The position numbers and the translations under genes were made by a program. Of a DNA stretch of 64,000 nucleotides, positions 13,701 through 28,700 are shown one piece after another. Below the pieces are notes generated by a model, which worked only from the letters and a program-made list of their open reading frames with translations, was not told the origin of the DNA and made no database searches. Source of the DNA: Antedon mediterranea (taxonomy: Eukaryota; Animalia; Echinodermata); the NCBI RefSeq assembly GCF_964355755.1, contig NC_092672.1, forward strand, positions 17,001,237 through 17,065,236, in the 5' to 3' direction. Every line of letters starts with the position of its first letter. Positions within the stretch are counted from its first letter, which is position 1.

Positions 13701-16700
13701 CTCTCTCTCTCTCTCGCTGATCTATCTCTCTCGCTGATCTATCTCTCTCTCGCTGATCTATCTCTCTCTCGCTGATCTTTCTCTCTCGCTGATCTATCTC
13801 TCTCGCTGATCTATCTCTCTCTCGCTGATCTATCTCTCTGTAGCTGATCTATCGCTCTCTCTCACTGATCTATATCTCTGTCGCTGATCTATCTCTCTCT
13901 CGCTGATCTATCTATATCTCTCTCGCTGATCTATCTCTCTGTCGCTGATCTATCTATCTCTCTGTCGCTGATCTATCTCTCTCTCGCTGATCTATATCTC
14001 TCTCGCTGATCTATCTCTCTCTCGCTAATCTATCTCTCTCTCGCTGATCTATCTCTCTCTCGCTGATCTATCTCTCTCTCGCTGATCTTTCTCTCTCGCT
14101 GATCTATCTCTCTCTCTCACTGATCTATCTCTCTCTCGCTGATCTATCCCTCTGTAGCTGATCTATCTCTCTCTCTCGCTGATCTATCTCTCTCTCGCTG
14201 ATCTATCTCTCGCTCGCTGATCTATCTATCTCTCTCTCTCGCTGATCTATCTCTCTGTCGCTGATCTATCTATCTCTCTGTCGCTGATCCATCACTCTGT
14301 CGCTGATCTATCTCTCTCTCGCTGATCTATGTATCTCTCTCTCGCTGATCTATCTATCTCTCTCTCTCTGATCTATCTCTCTCTCGCTGATCTATCTCTC
14401 TCTCGCTGATCTATCTCTCTCTTTGATCTATCTATCTCTCTGTCGCTGATCTATCTCTCTCTCGCTGATCTATCTCTCTGATCTATCTCTCTCTCTCTCG
14501 CTTATCTATCTCTCTCACTGATCTATCTCTCTCTCGCTGATCTATCTCTCTCTCGCTGATCTATCTCTCTCTCTCGCTGATCTATCTCTCTCTCGCTGAT
14601 CTATCTCTCTCTCGCTGATCTATCTCTCTCTCGCTGATCTATCTCTCTCTCGCTGATCTATCTCTCTCTCTCGCTGATCTATCTCTCTGTAGCTGATCTA
14701 TCTCTCTCTCTCGCTGATCTATCTCTCTCTCGCTGATCTATCTCTCGCTCGCTGATCTATCTATCTCTCTCTCGCTGATCTATCTCTCTGTCGCTGATCT
14801 ATCTATCTCTCTGTCGCTGATCTATCTCTCTCTCGCTGATCTATCTTTCTCTCTCTCGCTGATGTATCTCTCTCTCTCGCTGATCTATCTCTCTCTCGCT
14901 GATCTATCTCTCTGTCGCTGATCTATCTCTCTCTCGCTGATCTATCTATCTCTCTGTCGCTGATCTATCTCTCTCTCGCTGGTCTATCTCTCTCTCGCTG
15001 ATCTATCTCCCTCTATGTCGCTGATCTATCAATCTCTCTGTCGCTGATCTATCTCTCTCTCTCTCGCTGATCTATCTCTATCTATCTCTCTCTCGCTGAT
15101 CTATCTCTCTCTCGCTGATCTATCAATCTCTCGCTGATCTATCTCTCTCTCCCGCTGATCTATCTCTCTCTTTCGCTGATCTATCTCTCTCTCGCTGATC
15201 TATCTCTCTCTCTCGCTTATCTATCTCTCTCTCGCTGATCTATCTCTCTCTCTCTCGCTGATCTATCTATCTCTCGCTGATCTATCTATCTCTCTATCGG
15301 TGATCTATCTATCTCTCTGTCGCTGATCTATCTATCTCTCTGTCGCTGAACTATCTCTCTCTCTCTCTCTCTCGCTTATCTATCTCTCTCTCTCGCTGAA
15401 CTATCTCTCTCTCTCTCTCGCTTATCTATCTCTATCTCTCGTTGATCTATCTCTCTCTCTCTCGCTCATCTATCTCTCTTTCGCTGATCTATCTCTCTGT
15501 CGCTGATCTATCTCTCTGTCGCTGATCTATCTCTCTGTCGCTGATCTATCTCTCTGTCGCTGATCTATCTCTCTGTTGCTGATCTATCTCTCTCTCGCTG
15601 ATCTATCTCTCTCTCGCTGATCTATCTCTCTCTCGCTGATCTATCTCTCTCTCGCTGATCTATCTCTCTTTCTCTCTCTGAACTATCTCTCTTTCTCTCG
15701 CTGATCTATCTCTATCTATCTCTCTCTCGCCGATCTATCTCTCTCTCGCTGATCTATCTTTCTCGCTGATCTATCTCTCTCTCGCTGATCTATCTCTCTC
15801 TCGCTGATCTATCTCTCTCTCGCTGATCTATCTCTCTCTCGCTGATCTCTCTCTCTCTCTCTCTCGCTGTTCTATCTCTCTCTCTCGCTGATCTATCTCT
15901 CTCGCTGATCTATCTCTCTGTCGCTGATCTATCTCTCTGTCGCTGATCTATCTCTCTCTCGCTGATCTATCTATCTCTCTGTCGCTGATCTATCTCTCTC
16001 TCGCTGGTCTATCTCTCTCTCGCTGATCTATCTCCCTCTCTGTCGCTGATCTATCAATCTCTCTGTCGCTGATCTATCTCTCTCTCTCGCTGATCCATCT
16101 CTCTCTCTCGTTAATCTATCTCTCTCTCTCGTTGATCTATCTCTCTCTCTCGCTGATCTATCTCTCTCTCGCTGATCTATCTCTCTCTCTCTCTCGCTGA
16201 TCTATCTCTCTGTCGCTGATCTATCTCTCTCTCGTTGATCTATCCCTCTGTCGCTGATCTATCTCTCTCTCGCTGATCTATCTCTCTCTCGCTGATCTAT
16301 CTCTCTCTCGCTGATCTATCGCTGTCTCGCTGATCTACCTCTCTCTCTCTCGCTGATCTATCTCTTTCTCGCTGATCTATCTCTCTTTCTCTGATCTATC
16401 TCTCTCTCACGCTGATCTATCTCTCTCTCGCTGATCTATCTCTCTCGCTGATCTATCTCTCTCTCATTGATCTATCTCTTTCTCGCTGATCTATATCTCT
16501 CTCGCTGATCTATCTCTCTCTCGCTGATCTATCTCTCTCTCTCGCTGATCTATCTCTCTGTCGCTGATCTATCTCTCTCTCGCTGTTCTATCTCTCTGTC
16601 GCTGATCTATCTCTCTCTCTCGCTGATCTATCTCTCTCTCGCTGATCTATCTCTCTCTCACTGGTCTATCTCTCTCTCGCTGATCTATCTCTCTCTCGCT

Positions 16701-19700
16701 GATCTATCTCTCTCTCGCTGATCTATCTCTCTCTCGCTGATCTATCTCTCTGTTGCTGATCTATCTCTTTCTCGCTGATCTATCTCTCTGTCGCTGATCT
16801 ATCTCTCTCTCGCTGATCTATCTATCTTTCTCTCGCTGACCTATATCTCTCTCGCTGATCTATCTATCTTTCTGTTGCTGATCTATCTCTCTCTCGCTGA
16901 TCTATCTATCTCTCTCTCGCTGATCTATCTCTCTCTCGCTGATCTATCTCTCTCTCGCTGATCTATCTCTCTGTAGCTGATCTATCTCTCTCTCTCGCTG
17001 ATCTATCTCTCTCTCGTTGATCTATCTATCTCTCTCTCGCTGATCTATCTCTCTCTCGCTGATCTATCTATCTCTCTGTTGCTGATCTATCTCTCTCTCG
17101 CTGATCTATCTATCTCTCTCTCGCTGATCTATCTATCTCTCTCTCTCGCTGATCTATCTCTCTCTCGCTGATCTATCTCTCTCTCGCTGATCTATCTCTC
17201 TCTCGCTGATCTATCTCTCTCGCTGACCTATCTCTCTCTCGCTGATCTATCTCTCTCTCTCGCTGATCTATCTCTCTCTCGCTGATCTATCTCTCTCTCG
17301 CTGATCTATCTCTCTCTCGCTGATCTATCTCTCTCTCGCTGATCTATCTCTCTCTCGCTGATCTATCTCTCTCGCTGATCTATCTATCTCTCTGTCGCTG
17401 ATCTATCTCTCTGTCGCTGATCTATCTATCTCTCTGTCGCTGATATATCTCTCTCTCGCTGATCTATCTATCTCTCTTTCGCTGATCTATCTCTCTCTCG
17501 CTGATCTATCTATCTCTCTCTCGCTGATCTATATCTCTCTCGCTGATCTATCTATCTCTCTTTCGCTGATCTATCTCTCTCTCGCTGATCTATCTATATC
17601 TCTGTCGCTGATCTATCTCTCTCTCGCTTATCTATCTATCTCTCTCTCGCTGATCTATCTCTCTCTCGCTGATCTATCTATCTCTCTCTGATCTATCTCT
17701 CTCGCTGATCTCTCTCTCTCTCGCTGATCTATCTCTCTCGCTGATCTATCTCTCTCTCGCTGATCTATCTCTCTCTCGCTGATCTTTCTCTCTCGCTGAT
17801 CTATCTCTCTCGCTGATCTATCTCTCTCTCGCTGATCTATCTCTCTGTAGCTGATCTATCGCTCTCTCTCACTGATCTATCTATATCTCTGTCGCTGATC
17901 TATCTCTCTCTCGCTGATCTATCTATATCTCTCTCGCTGATCTATCTCTCTGTCGCTGATCTATCTATCTCTCTGTCGCTGATCTATCTCTCTCTCGCTG
18001 ATCTATATCTCTCTCGCTGATCTATCTCTCTCTCGCTAATCTATCTCTCTCTCTTTCGCTGATCTATCTGTCTCTCGCTGATCTATCTATCTCTCTCTTG
18101 CTGATCTATATCTCTCTCGCTGATCTATCTATCTCTCTGTCGCTGATCTATCTCTCTCTCGCTGATCTATCTATATCTCTGTCGCTGATCTATCTCTCTC
18201 TCGCTTATCTATCTATCTCTCTCTCGCTGATCTATCTATCTCTCGCTGATCTATCTATCTCTCTCTGATCTATCTCTCTCGCTGATCTCTCTCTCTCTCG
18301 CTGATCTATCTCTCTCGCTGATCTATCTCTCTCGCTGATCTATCTCTCTCTCTCGCTGATCTTTCTCTCTCGCTGATCTATCTCTCTCGCTGATCTATCT
18401 CTCTCTCGCTGATCTATCTCTCTGTAGCTGATCTATCGCTCTCTCTCACTGATCTATCTATATCTCTGTCGCTGATCTATCTCTCTCTCGCTGATCTATC
18501 TATATCTCTCTCGCTGATCTATCTCTCTGTCGCTGATCTATCTATCTCTCTGTCGCTGATCTATCTCTCTCTCGCTGATCTATATCTCTCTCGCTGATCT
18601 ATCTCTCTCTCGCTAATCTATCTCTCTCTCGCTGATCTATCTCTCTCTCGCTGATCTATCTCTCTCTCGCTGATCTTTCTCTCTCGCTGATCTATATCTC
18701 TCTCTCTCACTGATCTATCTCTCTCTCGCTGATCTATCCCTCTGTAGCTGATCTATCTCTCTCTCTCGCTGATCTATCTCTCTCTCGCTGATCTATCTCT
18801 CGCTCGCTGATCTATCTATCTCTCTCTCTCGCTGATCTATCTCTCTGTCGCTGATCTATCTATCTCTCTGTCGCTGATCTATCACTCTGTCGCTGATCTA
18901 TCTCTCTCTCGCTGATCTATGTATCTCTCTCTCGCTGATCTATCTATCTCTCTCTCTCTGATCTATCTCTCTCTCGCTGATCTCTCTCTCTCTCGCTGAT
19001 CTATCTCTCTCTTTGATCTATCTATCTCTCTGTCGCTGATCTATCTCTCTGTCGCTGATCTATCTCTCTCTCGCTGATCTATCTCTCTGATCTATCTCTC
19101 TCTCTCTCGCTTATCTATCTCTCTCACTGATCTATCTCTCTCTCGCTGATCTATCTCTCTCTCGCTGATCTATCTCTCTCTCTCGCTGATCTATCTCTCT
19201 CGCTGATCTATCTCTCTCTCTCGCTGATCTATCTCTCTCTCGCTGATCTATCTCTCTCTCTCGCTGATCTATCCCTCTCTCGCTGATCTATCTCTCTCTC
19301 TCGCTGATCTATCTCTCTCTCGCTGATCTATCTCTCTCGCTGATCTATCTCTCTATCGCTGATCTATCTATCTCCCTGTCGCTGATCTATCTCTCTCTCG
19401 CTGATCTATCTATCTCTCTCTCGCTGATCTATCTATCTCTCTCTCGCTGATCTATCTATCTCTCTTACGCTGATCTATATATCTCTCTCTCGCTGATCTA
19501 TCTCTCTCTCGCTGATCTATCTCTCTCTTGCTGATCTATCTCTTTCTCGCTGATCTATCTCTCTCTCTCGCTGATCTATCTTTCTCTCGCTGATCTATCT
19601 CTCTCTCGCTGATCTATCTCTCTCTCGCTGATCTATCTATCTCTCTCGCTGATCTATCTCTCTCTCGCTGATCTATCTCTCTCTCACTGATCTATCTCTC

Positions 19701-22700
19701 TCTCGCTGATCTATCTCTCTCTCGCTGATCTATCTCTCTCTCGCTGATCTATCTCTCTGTAGCTGATCTATCTCTCTCTCTCACTGATCTATCTCTCTCT
19801 CGCTGATCTATCTCTCTCTCGCTGATCTATCTCTCTCTCTCGCTGATCTATCTCTCTCTCGCTGATCTATATCTCTCTCGCTGATCTATCTCTCTCTCTC
19901 GCTGATCTATCTCTCTCTCGCTGATCTATCAATCTCTCTCTCGCTGACCTATCTCTCTCTCGCTGATCTATCTCTCTGTTACTGATCTATCTATCTATCT
20001 CTCTGTCGCTGATCTATCTCTCTGTCGCTGATCTATCTCTCTCTAGCTTATCTATGTATCTCTCTCTCGCTGATCTATCTATCTCTCTCTCTCTGATCTA
20101 TCTCTCTCTCGCTGATCTATCTCTCTCTCGCTGATCTATCTCTCTGTTGCTGATCTATCTCTTTCTCGCTGATCTATCTCTCTGTCGCTGATCTATCTCT
20201 CTCTCGCTGATCTATCTATCTCTCTCTCGCTGATCTATATCTCTCTCGCTGATCTATCTATCTCTCTGTTGCTGATCTATCTCTCTCTCGCTGATCTATC
20301 TATCTCTCTCTCGCTGATCTATCTCTCTCTCGCTGATCTATCTCTCTCTCGCTGATCTATCTCTCTGTAGCTGATCTATCTCTCTCTCTCGCTGATCTAT
20401 CTCTCTCTCGTTGATCTATCTATCTCTCTCTCGCTGATCTATCTCTCTCTCGCTGATCTATCTATCTCTCTGTTGCTGATCTATCTCTCTCTCGCTGATC
20501 TATCTATCTCTCTCTCGCTGATCTATCTATCTCTCTCTCTCGCTGATCTATCTCTCTCTCGCTGATCTATCTCTCTCTCGCTGATCTATCTCTCTCTCGT
20601 TGATCTATCTATCTCTCTCTCACTGATCTATCTCTCTCTCGCTGATCTATCTATCTCTCTGTTGCTGATCTATCTCTCTCTCGCTGATCTATCTATCTCT
20701 CTCTCGCTGATCTATCTATCTCTCTCTCTCGCTGATCTATCTCTCTCTCGCTGATCTATCTCTCTCTCGCTGATCTATCTCTCTCTCGCTGATCTATCTC
20801 TCTCGCTGACCTATCTCTCTCTCGCTGATCTATCTCTCTCTCTCGCTGATATATCTCTCTCTCGCTGATCTATCTCTCTCTCGCTGATCTATCTCTCTCT
20901 CGCTGATCTATCTCTCTCTCGCTGATCTATCTCTCTCTCGCTGATCTATCTCTCTCGCTGATCTATCTATCTCTCTGTCGCTGATCTATCTCTCTGTCGC
21001 TGATCTATCTATCTCTCTGTCGCTGATATATCTCTCTCTCGCTGATCTATCTATCTCTCTTTCGCTGATCTATCTCTCTCTCGCTGATCTATCTATCTCT
21101 CTCTCGCTGATCTATATCTCCCTCGCTGATCTATCTATCTCTCTTTCGCTGATCTATCTCTCTCTCGCTGATCTATCTATATCTCTGTCGCTGATCTATC
21201 TCTCTCTCGCTTATCTATCTATCTCTCTCTCGCTGATCTATCTCTCTCTCGCTGATCTATCTATCTCTCTCTGATCTATCTCTCTCGCTGATCTCTCTCT
21301 CTCTCGCTGATCTATCTCTCTCGCTGATCTATCTCTCTCTCGCTGATCTATCTCTCTCTCGCTGATCTTTCTCTCTCGCTGATCTATCTCTCTCGCTGAT
21401 CTATCTCTCTCTCGCTGATCTATCTCTCTGTAGCTGATCTATCGCTCTCTCTCACTGATCTATCTATATCTCTGTCGCTGATCTATCTCTCTCTCGCTGA
21501 TCTATCTATATCTCTCTCGCTGATCTATCTCTCTGTCGCTGATCTATCTATCTCTCTGTCGCTGATCTATCTCTCTCTCGCTGATCTATATCTCTCTCGC
21601 TGATCTATCTCTCTCTCGCTAATCTATCTCTCTCTCTTTCGCTGATCTATCTCTCTCTCGCTGATCTATCTATCTCTCTCTTGCTGATCTATATCTCTCT
21701 CGCTGATCTATCTATCTCTCTGTCGCTGATCTATCTCTCTCTCGCTGATCTATCTATATCTCTGTCGCTGATCTATCTCTCTCTCGCTTATCTATCTATC
21801 TCTCTCTCGCTGATCTATCTCTCTCTCGCTGATCTATCTATCTCTCTCTGATCTATCTCTCTCGCTGATCTCTCTCTCTCTCGCTGATCTATCTCTCTCG
21901 CTGATCTATCTCTCTCGCTGATCTATCTCTCTCTCTCGCTGATCTTTCTCTCTCGCTGATCTATCTCTCTCGCTGATCTATCTCTCTCTCGCTGATCTAT
22001 CTCTCTGTAGCTGATCTATCGCTCTCTCTCACTGATCTATCTATATCTCTGTCGCTGATCTATCTCTCTCTCGCTGATCTATCTATATCTCTCTCGCTGA
22101 TCTATCTCTCTGTCGCTGATCTATCTATCTCTCTGTCGCTGATCTATCTCTCTCTCGCTGATCTATATCTCTCTCGCTGATCTATCTCTCTCTCGCTAAT
22201 CTATCTCTCTCTCGCTGATCTATCTCTCTCTCGCTGATCTATCTCTCTCTCGCTGATCTTTCTCTCTCGCTGATCTATATCTCTCTCTCTCACTGATCTA
22301 TCTCTCTCTCGCTGATCTATCCCTCTGTAGCTGATCTATCTCTCTCTCTCGCTGATCTATCTCTCTCTCGCTGATCTATCTCTCGCTCGCTGATCTATCT
22401 ATCTCTCTCTCTCGCTGATCTATCTCTCTGTCGCTGATCTATCTATCTCTCTGTCGCTGATCTATCACTCTGTCGCTGATCTATCTCTCTCTCGCTGATC
22501 TATGTATCTCTCTCTCGCTGATCTATCTATCTCTCTCTCTCTGATCTATCTCTCTCTCGCTGATCTCTCTCTCTCTCGCTGATCTATCTCTCTCTTTGAT
22601 CTATCTATCTCTCTGTCGCTGATCTATCTCTCTGTCGCTGATCTATCTCTCTCTCGCTGATCTATCTCTCTGATCTATCTCTCTCTCTCTCTCGCTTATC

Positions 22701-25700
22701 TATCTCTCTCACTGATCTATCTCTCTCTCGCTGATCTATCTCTCTCTCGCTGATCTATCTCTCTCTCTCGCTGATCTATCTCTCTCGCTGATCTATCTCT
22801 CTCTCTCGCTGATCTATCTCTCTCTCGCTGATCTATCTCTCTCTCTCGCTGATCTATCCCTCTCTCGCTGATCTATCTCTCTCTCTCGCTGATCTATCTC
22901 TCTCTCGCTGATCTATCTCTCTCGCTGATCTATCTCTCTATCGCTGATCTATCTATCTCCCTGTCGCTGATCTATCTCTCTCTCGCTGATCTATCTATCT
23001 CTCTCTCGCTGATCTATCTATCTCTCTCTCGCTGATCTATCTATCTCTCTTACGCTGATCTATATATCTCTCTCTCGCTGATCTATCTCTCTCTCGCTGA
23101 TCTATCTCTCTCTTGCTGATCTATCTCTTTCTCGCTGATCTATCTCTCTCTCTCGCTGATCTATCTTTCTCTCGCTGATCTATCTCTCTCTCGCTGATCT
23201 ATCTCTCTCTCGCTGATCTATCTATCTCTCTCGCTGATCTATCTCTCTCTCGCTGATCTATCTCTCTCTCACTGATCTATCTCTCTCTCGCTGATCTATC
23301 TCTCTCTCGCTGATCTATCTCTCTCTCGCTGATCTATCTCTCTGTAGCTGATCTATCTCTCTCTCTCACTGATCTATCTCTTTCTCGCTGATCTATCTCT
23401 CTCTCGCTGATCTATCTCTCTCTCTCGCTGATCTATCTCTCTCTCGCTGATCTATATCTCTCTCGCTGATCTATCTCTCTCTCTCGCTGATCTATCTCTC
23501 TCTCGCTGATCTATCAATCTCTCTCTCGCTGACCTATCTCTCTCTCGCTGATCTATCTCTCTGTTACTGATCTATCTATCTATCTCTCTGTCGCTGATCT
23601 ATCTCTCTGTCGCTGATCTATCTCTCTCTAGCTTATCTATGTATCTCTCTCTCGCTGATCTATCTATCTCTCTCTCTCTGATCTATCTCTCTCTCGCTGA
23701 TCTATCTCTCTCTCGCTGATCTATCTCTCTCTTGCTGATCTATATCTCTCTCGCTGATCTATCTATCTCCCTGTCGCTGATATATCTCTCTTTTTCTCGC
23801 TGATCTATCTCTCTCTCGCTGATCTATCTATCTCCCTGTCGCTGATATATCTCTCTTTTTCTCGCTGATCTATCTCTCTCTCGCTGATCTATCTCTCTCC
23901 CGCTGATCTATCTCTCTCTCGCTGATCTATCTCTGTTGCGCTGATCTACCTCTCTCTCTCTCGCTGATCTATCAATCTCTGTCGTTGATCTATCTATCAC
24001 TCTCTCGCTGATCTATCTATCTTTCTCTCGCTGATCTATCTCTCTCTCGCTGATCTATCTCTCTCACTCGCTGATCTATCTCTCTCGCTGATCTATCTCT
24101 CTCTCGCTGATCTATCTCTCTCTCGCTGATCTATCTCTCTCTCTCGCTGATCTTTCTCTCTCGCTGATCTATCTCTCTCTATCGCTGATCTATCTCTCTC
24201 GCTGATCTATCTCTCTGTAGCTGATCTATCTCTCTCTCGCTGATCTATCTCTCTCTCGCTGATCTATCTATCTCTCTCTCGCTGATCTATCTCTCTCTCT
24301 CGCTGATCTATCTGTCTCTCTGTCGCTGATCTATCTCTCTCTCTCGCTGATCTATCTCTCTCGCTGATCTATCTCTCTCTCTCGCTTATCTATCTATCTC
24401 TCGCTGATCTATCTCTCTCTCGCTGATCTATCTCTCTCTCGCTGATCTATCTCTCTCTCGCTGATCTATCTTTCTCTCGCTGATCTATCTCTCTCTCTCG
24501 CTGATCTATCTCTCTCTCGCTGATCTATCTCTCTCTCGCTGATCTATCTCTCTCTCGCTGATCTATCTCTCTCTCGCTGATCTATCTCTCTCTCTCGCTG
24601 ATCTATCTCTTTCTCGCTGATCTATCTCTCTCTCGCTGATCTATCTCTCTCTCGCGGATCTTTCTCTCTCGCTGATCTATCTCTCTCTCGCTGATCTATC
24701 TCTCTCTCGCTGATCTATCTCTCTGTCGCTGATCTATCTCTCTCTCGCTGATCTATCTCTCTGTCGCTGATCTATCTCTCTCTCGCTTATCTATCTATCT
24801 CTCTCTCGCTGATCTATCTATCTCTCTGTCACTGATCTATCTCTCTCTCGCTTATCTATCTAACTCTTTCTCGCTGATCTATCTCTCTCTCTCTGATCTA
24901 CCTATCTCTCTCTCGCTGATCTATCTCTCTCTGGCTGATCTATCTATCTCTTTCTCGCTGATCTATCTATCTCTCTCTCGCTGATCTATCTATCTCTCTC
25001 TCGCTGATCTATCTATCTCTCTCTCGCTGATCTATCTATCTCTCTCTCGCTGATCTATCTCTCTCGCTGATCTATCTCTCTCTCGCTGATCTATCTCTTT
25101 CTCACTGATCTATCTTTCTCTCTCTCGCTGATCTATCTCTCTCTCGCTGAACTATCTCTCTCTCGCTGATCTATCTCTCTCTCGCTGATCTATCTCTCTC
25201 TCGCTGATCTATCTCTCTCACGCTGATCTATCTCTCTCTCGCTGATCTATCTCTCTCTCGCTGATCTATCTCTCTCTCGCTGATCTATCTCTCTCTCGCT
25301 GATCTATCTCTCTCGCTGATCTATCTATCTCTCTGTCGCTGATCTATCTCTCTGTCGCTGATCTATCTCTCTCTCGCTGATCTATCTATCTCTCTCTCGC
25401 TGATCTATCTCTCTCTCGCTGATCTATCAATCTCTCGCTGATCAATCTCTCTCTCGCTGATCTATCTCTCTCTCTCGCTGATCTATCTCTCTCTCTCGCT
25501 GATCTATCTCTATCTCTCTATCGCTGATCTATCTCTCTCTCTCGCTGATCTATCTCTCTCTCTAGCTGATCTATATCTCCCTCTCGCTGATCTATCTATC
25601 TCTCGCTGATCTATCTATCTCTCTGTCGGTGATCTATCTATCTCTCTGTCGCTGATCTATCTATCTCTCTGTCACTGATCTATCTCTTTCTCTCTCGCTG

Positions 25701-28700
25701 ATCTATCTCTCTCTCTCTCTCTCTCTCGCTAATCTATCTCTCTCTGTCTCGCTTATCTATCTCTCTCTCCTTGATCTATCTCTCTCTCTCTCGCTGATCT
25801 ATCTCTCTCTCTCGCTGATCTATCTCTCTCTCTCTCTCGCTGATCTATCTCTCTCTCGCTGATCTATCTCTGACACGCTGATCTACCTCTCTCTCTCTCT
25901 CTGATCTACCTCTCTCTTTCGCTGATCTATCTCTCTCTCTCACGCTGATCTATCTCTCTCTCGCTGATCTATCTCTCTCGCTGATCTATCTCTCTCTCAC
26001 TGATCTATCTCTTTCTCGCTGATCTATCTCTCTCTCGCTGATCTATATCTCTCTCGCTGATCTATATATCTCTCTCTCGCTGATCTATCTCTCTCTCTCT
26101 CGCTGAACTATCTCTCTCTCGCTGATCTTTCTCTCTATCGCTGATCTATCTCTCTCTCGCTGATCTATCTCTCTCGCTGATCTATCTCTCTCTCGCTGAT
26201 CTATCTCACTCTAGCTGATCTATCTCTTTCCCGCTGATCTATCTCTCTCTCGCTGATCTATCTATCTCTCTGTCGCTGAACTATCTCTCTCTCTCTCTCT
26301 CGCTTATCTATCTCTCTCTCTCTCGCTGAACTATCTCTCTCTCTCTCTCTCGCTTATTTATCTCTCTCTCTCTCGTTGATCTATCTCTCTCTCTCTCGCT
26401 CATCTATCTCTCTTTCGCTGATCTATCTCTCTCTCGCTGATCTATCTCTCTCTCGCTGATCTATCTCTCTCTCTCTCTGAACTATCTCTCTTTCTCTCGC
26501 TGATCTATCTCTATCTATCTCTCTCTCACCGATCTATCTCTCTCTCGCTGAACTATCTCTCTCTCTCTCTCGCTTATCTATCTCTCACTCTGTCGTTGAT
26601 CTATCTCTCTCTCTCTCGCTCATCTATCTCTCTTTCGCTGATCTATCTCTCTCTCGCTGATCTATCTCTCTCTCGCTGATCTATCTCTCTCTCTCTCTGA
26701 ACTATCTCTCTTTCTCTCGCTGATCTATCTCTATCTATCTCTCTCTCACCGATCTATCTCTCTCTCGCTGATCTATCTCTCTCGCTGATCTATCTCTCTC
26801 TCGCGGATCTTTCTCTCTCGCTGATCTATCTCTCTCTCGCTGATCTATCTCTCTCTCGCTGATCTATCTCTCTGTCGCTGATCTATCTCTCTCTCGCTGA
26901 TCTATCTCTCTGTCGCTGATCTATCTCTCTCTCGCTTATCTATCTATCTCTCTCTCGCTGATCTATCTATCTATCTGTCACTGATCTATCTCTCTCTCGC
27001 TTATCTATCTAACTCTCTCTCGCTGATCTATCTCTCTCTCTGATCTACCTATCTCTCTCTCGCTGATCTATCTCTCTCTGGCTGATCTATCTATCTCTCT
27101 CTCGCTGATCTATCTATCTCTCTCTCGCTGATCTATCTATCTCTCTCTCGCTGATCTATCTATCTCTCTCTCGCTGATCTATCTATCTCTCTCTCGCTGA
27201 TCTATCTCTCTCGCTGATCTATCTCTCTCGCTGATCTATCTCTCTCTCGCTGATCTATCTCTTTCTCGCTGATCTATCTTTCTCTCTCTCGCTGATCTAT
27301 CTCTCTCTCGCTGAACTATCTCTCTCTCGCTGATCTATCTCTCTCTCGCTGATCTATCTCTTTCTCGCTGATCTATCTCTCTCACGCTGATCTATCTCTC
27401 TCTCGCTGATCTATCTCTCTCTCGCTGATCTATCTCTCTCTCGCTGATCTATCTCTCTCTCGCTGATCTATCTCTCTCGCTGATCTATCTATCTCTCTGT
27501 CGCTGATCTATCTCTCTGTCGCTGATCTATCTCTCTCTCGCTGATCTATCTATCTCTCTCTCGCTGATCTATCTCTCTCTCGCTGATCTATCAATCTCTC
27601 GCTGATCAATCTCTCTCTCGCTGATCTATCTCTCTCTCTCGCTGATCTATCTCTCTCTCTCTCGCTGATCTATCTCTATCTCTCTATCGCTGATCTATCT
27701 CTCTCTCTCGCTGATCTATCTCTCTCTCTAGCTGATCTATATCTCCCTCTCGCTGATCTATCTATCTCTCGCTGATCTATCTATCTCTCTGTCGGTGATC
27801 TATCTATCTCTCTGTCGCTGATCTATCTATCTCTCTGTCACTGATCTATCTCTCTCTCTCTCGCTGATCTATCTCTCTCTCTCTCTCTCTCTCGCTAATC
27901 TATCTCTCTCTGTCTCGCTTATCTATCTCTCTCTCCTTGATCTATCTCTCTCTCTATCGCTGATCTATCTCTCTCTCTCGCTGATCTATCTCTCTCTCTC
28001 GCTGATCTATCTCTCTCTCGCTGATCTATCTCTGACACGCTGATCTACCTCTCTCTCTCTCTCGCTGATCTACCTCTCTCTTTCGCTGATCTATCTCTCT
28101 CTCTCACGCTGATCTATCTCTCTCTCGCTGATCTATCTCTCTCGCTGATCTATCTCTCTCTCACTGATCTATCTCTTTCTCGCTGATCTATCTCTCTCTC
28201 GCTGATCTATATCTCTCTCGCTGATCTATATATCTCTCTCTCGCTGATCTATCTCTCTCTCTCTCGCTGAACTATCTCTCTCTCGCTGATCTATCTCTCT
28301 ATCGCTGATCTATCTCTCTCTCGCTGATCTATCTCTCTCGCTGATCTATCTCTCTCTCGCTGATCTATCTCACTCTAGCTGATCTATCTCTTTCTCGCTG
28401 ATCTATCTCTCTCTCGCTGATCTATCTATCTCTCTGTCACTGAACTATCTCTCTCTCTCTCTCTCTCGCTGAACTATCTCTCTCTCTCTCTCTCGCTTAT
28501 CTATCTCTCTCTCTCTCGTTGATCTATCTCTCTCTCTCTCGCTCATCTATCTCTCTTTCGCTGATCTATCTCTCTCTCGCTGATCTATCTCTCTCTCGCT
28601 GATCTATCTCTCTCTCGCTGATCTATCTCTCTCTCTCTCTCTGAACTATCTCTCTTTCTCTCGCTGATCTATCTCTATCTATCTCTCTCTCACCGATCTA